Assembly: GCF_006345805.1 (NCBI RefSeq)
Contig: NC_043019.1
Coordinates: 29,325,360 to 29,389,359 of the forward strand
From: Octopus sinensis
Lineage: Eukaryota
DNA length: 64,000 nucleotides
Direction: 5' to 3'
Shown here in pieces: positions 53,566-64,000 of this stretch. The notes below the pieces were generated by a model that saw only the letters and a list, made by a program, of their open reading frames with translations, was not told the DNA's origin and did not search any database. Position numbers and translations under genes: made by a program. Positions within the stretch are counted from its first letter, which is position 1. The number at the start of each line of letters is the position of its first letter.

Positions 53566-54429
53566 GAAAGCTGGTACATCATTGTTTCTCAACCATTTGT
53601 TTTACCTATCGACCCCTTAGATTCCTATTTTACTCTAATGGACCTTCATAACCATTTGAGGTTTAAAAAATCCCATTACATTCTCATAATTAAATATTAT
53701 TAGGAATTGTATTTAAAAAATTGTTAAAATATTTTATGTACTGTAAAATATAACCAATTTATTGTACATCAATTTTAACAACAAAATCTTACAGGGATCC
53801 GAAGGATTATAAGGACCTCAGTTAAGAACTACTCCTTTACATGATCGCCTGACTTAAATAACAGTCAGATCTACCTTAAATCACACCCACTTTCTTCCCA
53901 TGGCATAAGATATATTTAAACACAATGATTTTCAATTATGCTTCTGGAAGAAACAAAATCTCCCAAGTAGAACTTCAACACAGTTACTTACTCAAAGGTA
54001 ATCAGTTAAGAAACACATTAAAGTGTCAGATGTAATGCCTTGAGATTATAAATGCCATCTCGTTGCATCCTGTGTTGAAATCCCACCACAAGGTCGATGT
54101 AATTATTCGTCATTCTGGGACCAATAAATAAAGGACCAATCTAGGGTGGTGAACTGGTGGAATTGTGAGGATGTGGATACCAGACACTCTGAGTTTAAAT
54201 CCTGCTGTGGCCATTAAATCTATTCTGCTTTAGAATTGTATTAACTTGTAGCTGTTAAATAAAACCAGATTCTTTACCTTTCTTCATTAATTTTCATCCT
54301 ATAGACATGCTTTACACCTGGTACAGTATGATATACTTCAAGAATTTTAAATGGATTAATAGATATCAAACAGACCTTATCCTAGAAGTGTATTAATTTG
54401 AATCTGTTTAATACGATTTTGTTCATTAC

Positions 54430-54528
54430 TTTCCATAGTGTATTTTATACTTTGGGTATATATTTAGAATGTCTCCAGATACACAGAAAATCCAGGACAC
54501 TTCTGGTAACCCATTTTGCTGTCCAGTA
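54430..54528 (-). CDS. Candidate internal exon of an unidentified host gene (TGQQNGLPEVSWIFCVSGDILNIYPKYKIHYG)
   Basis: ttttataatacag acceptor, gtaatg donor, 99 bp, phase 2-2, open frame, non-repetitive. Confidence 0.55.
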
Positions 54529-54842
54529 CTGTATTATAAAACCATAAAGAGGAATCCAAAGTACAAAAAGAAGTGTAAGATGTGGGAGACTGAGTCCTAC
54601 TTACCTAAGAACAATGCAGAGAGGAAGAGGGGATCATGAATGGGCAGAGGATGAAACAAATGAAGGACCATCAAGGCTGATGGGAATATGTGGAGGCCCT
54701 TTGTATCAAGTTGCATGGAAGGCATCAATAGTAAAAGTCAAAAGACATTTAAATTGATGAGCTGTTTTGGTTTACTCCCTAAATTAACCTTGACCCAGAA
54801 AACCTATGATCAAATCTATCCTTGACCATCTTGTCTATTTAA

Positions 54843-55060
54843 CCCTTTAATGTTCAGATTACTCTGTTAAAAGTAATGCTTTTTCACTCAAATTGTTTTG
54901 AATTAATCATACATTATCTTATAGCTTTGAAATCTCAATGATGTGAATATTTATTTTTAGAATGTCAATGTAGGTTAGGTGCGAGAGGCTAGATATGGCT
55001 AGTTGAAATATAAAACGTAGAATATTTGGGCCGGATGTGGCCGGTTTAAACACTAAAAGA
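54843..55060. mobile_element. piggyBac-type MITE (second family)
   Basis: TTAA|CCCTTTAATGTT ... AACACTAAAAGA|TTAA. Related copies at ~14732-15395 (split by a SINE), ~48020-48190 and ~57185-57400. Confidence 0.7.
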
Positions 55061-58000
55061 TTAAGAGTGCCTAGAACTACATTGCTAAATGTCATTTCTT
55101 TCTTTAAGATGGTAGAATTGATGAGGGAATTTGATTGCTATTTCTAGCACAGGGCTTGAATGATCAACAATGTATGGCTCTGGTTATGAGTTATGATGTG
55201 TATCTCAAGAGACTTCATTCCTAAAGCATCATTGTTGCAAGTTTCTTTTTTTCCATTAATGTTTATATTCTTCACCAAAATACATCGGTGAAAGATACAC
55301 ACACACGCATGATAGACAACCAAACAGCACTCACAGGATATAAGTCAACACAATTGAAACCTATAACCGAAGACATTCGTACAAGGTACCATACAGTAAG
55401 AACCATGTGATTGTGAAGCAAACTTTTTAATCACACCTGCATACCTGCAATTTTAGATACTGAGAATGGCTTTGAAATTCCTATCAGAATGAGCAACCTA
55501 AGTTTCTATAAACTTCTTGCTTTTATTTCTTTTATTGATGTCAGTTTTTGGACTGCTGGGGTAACCACTTCCAGACAATGATTATATCAATGCTTGTACT
55601 CTGACACTATTCAAAAATTATTAAGTTGCCCTTGGGATAAATAGGTGGAATTTACTGCAACAAACGGAAGGTATTTTTGTTTAAAACTTTTAAACACACA
55701 TACACAGTGATACTGTGTGTTAGTGATAATACATTATGACTCTGAATTTCATATCTGTTTCATGTCTTCAACAAGACATATGCTCCTGTCCCCCTATCTT
55801 AGTTTATTATCCCTCATTTCAACACCCCCGCTTAGTCAAGGGGGTTTTGTCTTGCAAGTATTTGGTGATCTCATCAGTGTTGGTGACAAATAAAAAAACA
55901 CCCAGTACACTCTGTGAAGTTGTTGGTATTAGGAAGGACATCCAGCTGTAGAAACCTTGCCAAAGCAGACAACTGGAGCTTGGCAGAGTCCTCTGGCTTG
56001 TCCACATTGAACTGTTCAACCCATGCCAGCATGGAAAAGGGACACTAAATGATGATGATTGCAGTCAGTAAAAAGGGAATCACTTTTATTGAACAGATTT
56101 TAAACACAGAATCAAACAGTATTATCTAACTACATCATTATCTATATTTTACTCTACAATATATAGTAAGTATTCTGATGTTGCTTGTTTACATAATCCA
56201 AACTTATGCAAACTCCAGAGTTAGCAAAATTCATTCACAAGATATTGGTCAAATTGTGGTTTTAGTGCAAGAGAGACTCGTTCAAAGTTTCACTCAGTGA
56301 GATTGCACTCACAAATAAAACATCACTGCGGAGTTAAGACGTGAGCTTCTTAACCACACAGTCATATCTTCTCCTACATCTATTAGGCAAATAGCAACAC
56401 CAACTTAATCTTGCATTTGCAATGAAATGAAGCCACAGTGAAAAGTTTGTAATGGAAGATTGCCCTTTGAGAATTGTCCTCCCTCTCTCTCTCTCTCTTC
56501 CTACACACACATAGATATGCATGTGTGCGCGCACATACATACATACATACATATACACATATATGAATAAGAAGCTAAATGTAGAATAAAGATCAACAAT
56601 ACACTTATTAGGAAGCTTAAGAATACGTCATCAGTCTTCTTCCATTCTTCACTTTGTAAAGACATTATTATTAAAAGGGTATCAGGTAAAAGCATAAATG
56701 CATGTATATATAAAATGTTCCTAAATGCAGAAGTAATCTGAGATAAAGATTAATAATGAAATGCAGTAAACTTAAGTAGAATAATGCTTAAAAGTAAATA
56801 TGGCTGAATTTTAAATGACTAGTTTGATAGCAAATAGTAATCATAGATTCAAGAAATTCGCTATGTTTAGCATGTAAAAAAAAAAAAATACAGAGAAACC
56901 TTATGATTTTCTTGTAGTGAAATGCACAATCCACACGTCTCAGTTTTTACATTTCAGAATTGACAAGGATTTAGTAAAGAAACTAAATAATCCATTATTA
57001 GCCCATAGTCTGAAGCATTCCTTAACAAAAAAAAAAAAACCCCAAAAATCAAACATAAAATCATGGTACAAAAAGATTTAAATTTGAAATATAAACTACT
57101 TTAAAATGGAAGGCAAAATTGTGCATCATGAAAACCGGCAGTATCTAAGATGAGTTGACATCAAGTTGTTTGACCTTTTATTTTTTCAACAGGCCATATG
57201 CAACCGAAATATTCTACCTTGTTTTATGCTCAAATTGACCAGATTCAACTTCTTACACTTATCCAACAATGTCACTGTGAAAATAGAAGATTATGTAACT
57301 GAAATCATGAAACTACAAGATAATGCGTGATTTATTCAAAACAATGTGAATAAATAAGCATTACATTTCACAGTGTCACCTGAATACTAAAGAGTTTTAA
57401 GACAATACAGCCAAGAGTGTTACCATAATTAATACTGAGATAGCAAAGGAAAGACAATGTGAGTCATCAACGGCTAAGATTTTAAATACTTTAAGTATGG
57501 AAGACAACTCTTGACATATTCATATGGTCTCATCAGTGAAAATAGATTTTCACTAAAATAGTGATGAGAAAATCTCTAAATAATTAGGATAAAGCAGCTC
57601 ACACTCTGAAAATGCTATCTTCCAATTAGTATAGACATGGTTAGAAATTTTGCTTCATAACCACATGGTACACCTTGCACCAAGTGTTTTCAAACATAGT
57701 ATTGAATTCACCAAATACTATGTTAGTATAACTTGGTTGGTGGAAACTGTATGCAAACTCATCATACAAACGTATACATATGTTTGTGAAGTAATTTCAC
57801 ATTTCCCTGTCTGCACGTGTTTTATTTTCTGGTTTGTCAACAAATGTTTCGTTTTTGTGTTGTTTTTTTCCAAGTTTCCATGTAAGCATGACCAAGCTGT
57901 TTGTAGTTCAACGAACTGTGAGATTATCATCTCACTTGAAAACAGATGGGAATAAGCTGGTGATAGGATGGGCATCCAGCTGTAGAAAACAACTCTGCCC

Positions 58001-60402
58001 CCCAACATCCAGCTGACCTGAGCAAGCATGGAAAAGTAGATGTTAAAATGATGATGATACTCAAGCAGCAAAAAAAAAAAAAAAAAACACCACTGGAAAA
58101 ACTGATAAATCAGTGCTTAAAAAGATAAAAAAAATTCCCTGCAGTATTTCTTCTGTCCCATTTACAGACATTCTCTTGTAACTTTTGTCATAATCAGAAA
58201 TGCAACGATCCAGTGATTAAATTTATTGGGAACCTATAACCAATGATGAAGCTATTAATCATAAAATGCAATATATAAAAAGGTTTTAAAATGTAGATGC
58301 AGCAAGATTAAAATTGCTTTGAAATTTGCTGTGTTGCAGATGTGATCAAATAAAGTTATATAACCAGTAAACATTGGTATTTTACTGATATCACATAATA
58401 TTAACTGAATAAATAAGCCTTTTTTTTTTATATCTCTAAATAATCCAATATTAGCTAAATATATATATAATCCATTTAATATCAATGCAATTTCTATCAA
58501 AATATTAAATAAAAAATGAGAGAAAATAAAATGAATAATACAGTAAAATAAAATATAAAACAGACAAACTGCATTCTTGATACGTTGCTTTTCACTATCA
58601 TTTTTCAGATTAAACATATTCTGTTCTTATACATTTATGTTAAATTGAAATATTTACTTATTTCAGTCACAGTGGTGCGCAACTAAATTATTTGCAGTTT
58701 GTCAATCAACACAAAATATTTCTTTCTTTCTTTCTTTCTTTCTGTGAAATTTCTAAATATCTAACCAACTTAGTAAAATCAGTTTAAAAATACATGAATA
58801 TATCGGATGAAGACATGATGCTCAGAAATGTTATAAGATGTAAGGAAATTTTAATCAATTAATAAATGCTATTTGTATATTGATTTGTGATATTAGTTTA
58901 ACTCTATCCCAACTAAAATTCTACTTTTATATAGTATTCAATGGTATACTACGGATGTCAATGCAGTGAAGCTGTGGCATCTGCATAGGTTCTTATATGG
59001 TGAGTGGGTGTCTCCATTTATGAAACAAATCTTTTTGATGTAAGGCATGTCTTTTTGATGGGGTTGCAGTTCTGGGTTAAGTAAAGACTAAGACCAGACA
59101 CCTAGCATCTGAATGTTGCCAGGCATTCACCAGCTTTTACCGGTCAGGCAATGCAGTCAGTGGAAGTTTGACATTAGCTTGCTATAAGGGACAAGAGATG
59201 GGGAAGTTCTAGGCTGAGATGACAATGAACTGACTGATCCCTTCCAGATCAGGGACTATGGATAACTTCCAGAAATCTTTGGTCTGATACATGAAAGAAA
59301 TCATAGTTGCCTACAAATGCTATTGTTGTTTAGACACAGATCAGCAAACCTGGGGCTAAAATACAAGTAGACTTTTTATATGTAGATGTGTGTGTGTGTG
59401 TGTGATATGTACGTGTGCTTTGTGCTTGTATTTGTCTTCCACACTGGTTAACACACTGGTGCTGGTTTGTTTATGTCCCCCATAACTTAGCAGTTCAGTG
59501 AAAGGAATCTATAGAATACTAGACTTAAGAATAAGTACTAGGGTTGATTTGTTCAGCTAAGCCCTTCAAGGTGGTGCCCCAGCATGACCATAGGCCAATG
59601 AATGAAACAAAGTAAAATTATCAAGGAATGCCTAAATCTAAATGTAAACTCTAAAAAATATACAACTTTCTTTCAGAAAACCAGAGGAGGCTTCAGCTGG
59701 CTGAAAAGAGGGTATCATAATTTGCTCCAATCAGATTGACCTGGGGTTAAACAACAGCAAAAACAACCAGCTGAAGAGAGACAGTTAAAATCCATATTAT
59801 TTTAATTATTTCATGTGGATAATAAAATAGAAGGGCTAGAGGTTATCGAAACAGTAAAGCAAAACAGTGATTAAACTGCATTTTGTTTGGACTGACTGAT
59901 AGATAATATTTTTCGCATGGTTGGTGCTGTTTAGCTTGAGGTCAGCTCTAATCAAGTAGACATATGTTGGAAGATGTTCTAACCATGACCACCCAGTCTT
60001 ATTTTGTGATATAGTACTTTTAGGACTATGTTGTTGAATGTGTTTGTTAGACAAACAATAAAATGTATGATGATGATGATATCACAAAGATGTTGATGAT
60101 GATGATAATGACAGTGATAATGATATCACAAAGATGATGGTGATGATGATGACAGGGACAACAGTATCACAAAGATGGTTATGATGATGATATTTTCATT
60201 TTTGTTATTCATAAATATCATAAGTCATGCAGATACTGTAGAACTTTTTTTATGTCACACCAGCGCAAATACAAAACAACAATAGTTTTTGCCAGCAAGA
60301 AGACAAAATAATAAAAAAAGTGATAATTTGGTCTCAAACTTATAAATTATTAAAATGGACTGTATACATACATACGTATGTATGTATGTGTGTGTATACA
60401 CA

Positions 60403-60850
60403 TGAGGTGTTTGGTAATAGAGTGTCGTAAGCGCCATTTTCTTTGTCTCGACGTCTAGAATCCGAAAAAGTTGGTAGAAAGAACTGACGAGGTCGAAAAT
60501 CCAGCTGAAAAAATTTTACCTTGACGCTATTGACACAACGCTTGCTCACCCAAACTCAGATCAGAGAGTTTAGTAACAAACATCGTAAGCACACACACTC
60601 AGTCAATAACTTTAGTGTGGTCCTTGTATCATTTTTCAAGGTGTTATACTCTTTTACTTGTTTCAGTCATTTGACTGCGGCCATGCTGGAGCACCACCTT
60701 TAATCGAGCAACTCGACCCCGGGACTTATTCTTTTGTAAGCCCAGTACTTATTCTATCGGTCTCTTTTGCCGAACCGCTAAGTAAAGGGGACATAAACAC
60801 ACCAGCATCGGTTGTCAAGCAATGCTAGGGGGACAAACACAGACACACAA

Positions 60851-60908
<58 letters not shown>

Positions 60909-61473
60909 ACGACGGGCTTCTTTCAGTTTCCGTCTACCAAATCCACTCACAGGGCTTTGGTCGGCCTGAGGCTATAGTAGAAGACACTTGCCCAAGGTGC
61001 CATGCAGTGGGACTGAACCCGGAAGCATGTGGTTGGTAGACAAGCTACTTACCACACAGCCACTCCTGTGCCTTTATGGCTCATTTTCTAATATTCCTCG
61101 TTACCATCATAATCATAATGGGCTATTACTATCTTATCTTAAAGATACTTACCTTGGTATATTAAAACACAAACAATACCTTCAGTGGGTCTATGTTTTT
61201 CCTAGGTATTATGGCTAAAATTTGCAATGCAATATGCTGTTCTACAAAATGAGACAGATGCAGTCATTGTTTCATCTTTCAGATTCATACCTAAATAAAT
61301 AATTTTACACAGCTGAAATGATTAGAGGAGGTTTTCACAGTCATTTTAAGACCAAAACCAGATTCCTAACTTCATTCCTTGCTAAGATATCACATTCTGA
61401 AAGTCACAAAACTTTGTGTTTTTCTCAGTTTTTAAGTTACAGCGCTTACGACAGTCTGTTACTAAACGCCTCA
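60403..61473. mobile_element. Non-autonomous Tc1/mariner-like element with ~31-bp TIRs, containing a nested SINE
   Basis: TGAGGTGTTTGGTAATAGAGTGTCGTAAGCGC (60403-60434) matches the reverse complement of GCGCTTACGACAGTCTGTTACTAAACGCCTCA (61442-61473) with 4 mismatches. Flanks CA/TA are compatible with a decayed TA TSD. Confidence 0.65.
60647..61080 (-). mobile_element. SINE family A nested in a mariner-like element
   Basis: Full-length, young-looking reverse-complement copy. Confidence 0.87.
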
Positions 61474-61619
61474 TATATACACTTCACAAAAAGATTGAGA
61501 TGAATTTTTCTGTAACTGGACGCTCTTCCTGTCGCCAACCCTCACCTGTTTTCAAGTAGTTAGTATCAGAATAGGCCAGGGGAAGTTAAGAGAGCACTGT
61601 AAGATACTTGTGTAAAAAT

Positions 61620-61975
61620 TGCAATGTTACATGTTAATGAAATGCGAGCCCTGAACGCAGATGGCTTTTGAAGACTTGAAAGAAAAGTAGCTGGCATGTT
61701 CCACTAAATGAACAATGTCAGTGTGTATGAGTGAAGAAGTACAAGTATATTGAGAGAAAAACTCGATATAACAAAAAGAAATCAGATGCTGTGTACAAGA
61801 AAGAGGAATGCATTGGTGTGGATGTGTAATGCATAAATGGATGAGGACAGCAGAATAAAAAAGTGTTGATCAGTTAATATGATGAAATTTGTTGAAGAGG
61901 GAGACCCAAGAAGACATGGGTTGAAACACTGGAGGCTCATCTCAGAATTTTGAATCTTTCAGAGGAGAAATGATT
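61620..61975 (+). mobile_element. Degenerate RTE LINE ORF C-terminal fragment
   Basis: Homologous to the 26385-26800 RTE segment (GAGGGAGACCCAAGAAGACATGG = GRPKKTW motif). Confidence 0.65.
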
Positions 61976-61998
61976 GGTAGTATGCAGTGCTCACACAA

Positions 61999-62215
61999 CA
62001 TAGGTGGCGAGCTGGCAGAAACGTTAGCACACCGGGCGAAATGCGTAGCCGTATTTCGTCTGCCATTATGTTCTGAGTTCAAATTCCGCCGAGGTCGACT
62101 TTGCCTTTCATCCTTTCGGGGTCGATAAATTAAGTACCAGTTAATAGACTTAATCCGTTTGTCTGTCCTTGTTTGTCTTCTCTGTGTTTAGCCCCCAGTG
62201 GGTAGTAAAGAAATA
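61999..62215 (+). mobile_element. SINE family B
   Basis: Homologous copy with a degenerate TSD AGTATGC.GTGCTC. Confidence 0.85.
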
Positions 62216-63584
62216 AGTATGCTGTGCTCGACAAGATCTACCCATCAAGGTGAAACTGAGGTGCTGAATGCATAATGTGTATATATATATATATATATAT
62301 ACAATTGAGCTCTTCATTCAGTTTGCCTTTGTTTCATCTGTGATCAGCTCACATACGCAAGAATGTGTGTGCATGTAAGGATTCATCTCAATCTGTATTT
62401 ATTTTTGAATAACAGAAAACTATATATGCAGTAGCAACCATTTACAGGTAACTGAAAAGTTTACAAACTCTTATATTAACCAGCATTAGTGCATTCGGGT
62501 GTTGTAGTGGTTGTTCAGACTCGGTGTCCCCTGGTTGAATTAACCTATGATCAAGGCATTCCAGCCATGGCATTCATACCTTAATTTCACACATAACCTA
62601 TCTAGAACTTCATTAACCAAGTGTTCCTTTGTTGTTGATGCTCTTTAACCTCCAGTTCAACTCCAATCAAACAGACTTATGATCAAAGACATTCCAGTCA
62701 CAACAATTACAATATTTTTTTCTGACATCAGTGGATGGCATTTGAGGGAGATTTGATAGCTTTTTCTAACAAAATGACCAACCATACAGTGGCTTCCTTG
62801 TTGATTTTTTTTTAGTAAGTTGTTTTTTTTAAGAAGGAGATTTGATTGCTAATTCTAGCAGGTCAAGCAGTGACAACTACATAGAGTTTCCCTTACCGGG
62901 TTTTTAAAAGATGGTAAAGTGTGATTTGAAGGAGGTTTGGCACCTACATAGTTATTTTAATTGATCTATGTTAGCTATTCTGCCAACTTCAAATATATAG
63001 CTTTCATCTCGTTTAATTACTTTATTGACCTCTGTATACCTGGTTCTTTTTAATTACCTTCTTGACCTAGTTTTAATTAGTTTTTTTAAGGAAAACATTC
63101 ACTTCCCCCCCACCTTATTCCACAACACTTTGTCTCTCATTAAAAAAAATTAAATAACTACTCAAAAAACTAATTGCTGCCATCTTTCACTAGCTATAAA
63201 AACTGATTAAAAAAAACATATATATGCAATAAAATATATGATTCAATTAAATTTTTAATGAAAGAAAATTATATTTTGTTAGGTATGAATACAAACAGAA
63301 GCAATGCAAAATACGAGTGATAATCAGCCAGTGGGGATTCAAACAAGACCTGGTTGATAGGATACCTAAACTGCATTAAAGAAAAATGCTTAGTTTATTA
63401 GCAGGAACTCACTCCCCACCACACTCCTACCTCTGTTCCATAGATATATCATCTTCTCTCTCACTCTTTCCACTTACTCTACTGCTTACTGCTTTGATTC
63501 TCAGAGCTGGCTGTTTGATCTTGTACCACCTCAACTCAAACATTCCCAGCTTACTTATCTCTCCTCCTCTCACGTTCCTCCAGC

Positions 63585-63870
63585 ATGGAGGCAAATGGCC
63601 TAGTGGTTAGAGCAGCGGATTCATGGTCAAGGGATCGTGGGTTCGAATCTCAGACTGGGCGATGTGTGTGTTTAAGAGCGAAACACCTAAGCTCCATGAG
63701 GCTCTTGCAGAAGGTGATGGCGAACTTCTGCTGACTCTTTCGCCGCAACTTTCTCTCACTCTTTCCTCCTGCATCTCGCAGCTCACCTGCGACAGACCGG
63801 CGTCCCGTCCAGGTGGGCAACCAGCCCTTATGAGCCAGGCATGGCTCGAGAAGGAACAAGCAAACAACAA
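63585..63870 (+). mobile_element. tRNA-derived SINE, family C
   Basis: Clear A box TGGCCTAGTGG and B box GGTTCGAATCT, an (AAC)n tail, and TSD C.TTCCTCCAGC (63573-63584 and 63871-63882). A diverged minus copy lies at ~45730-45940. Confidence 0.85.
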
Positions 63871-64000
63871 CATTCCTCCAGCCCCTGCATCAGCCAGTAC
63901 ATCTAGTCCGTCCTTCCCAGGACACTATCTTCTATGAATTCCCTTGCATACCATGATTTCCTGCAACTATCAACCATGTCCATCTCACAGGTCTTGGAAA

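Noticed and set aside
63586-63660. Possible tRNA gene (A box and B box present)
   Set aside because: It continues into a SINE body with an (AAC)n tail and TSD, and a second diverged copy exists at ~45730-45940. It is a SINE head.

Overview
AT-rich, repeat-saturated eukaryotic DNA. The SINE/LINE families and (TA)n/(TG)n density suggest an octopod cephalopod; this is inference from pattern recognition, no search was run. Most of the window is intron-like and filled with three tRNA-derived SINE families, RTE LINE fragments with (ATG)n tails, TTAA- and TA-flanked MITEs, a non-autonomous Helitron, a decayed DD37E Tc1-like transposon with ~350-bp TIRs, and a decayed Penelope-like (PLE) reverse transcriptase. 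A chain of small phase-compatible minus-strand exons (about 54.5 kb to 3.7 kb) suggests one unidentified host gene, at modest confidence. The standout is 30771-32515: a ~472-bp unit in a tandem array with a head-to-head inversion, embedded in a (TA)n/(TG)n microsatellite. Each complete unit carries a type I hammerhead ribozyme (CUGAUGA...GAAA...GUA) with a long stem II and a palindromic stem III, so this is a retrozyme / PLE-pLTR-like array that could release a ~471-nt self-cleaved, potentially circular RNA. It lies ~1 kb upstream of the PLE RT relic, and further minimal hammerhead-like motifs are dispersed in the window. Nearly all ORFs in the supplied track are translations of microsatellites or SINEs.
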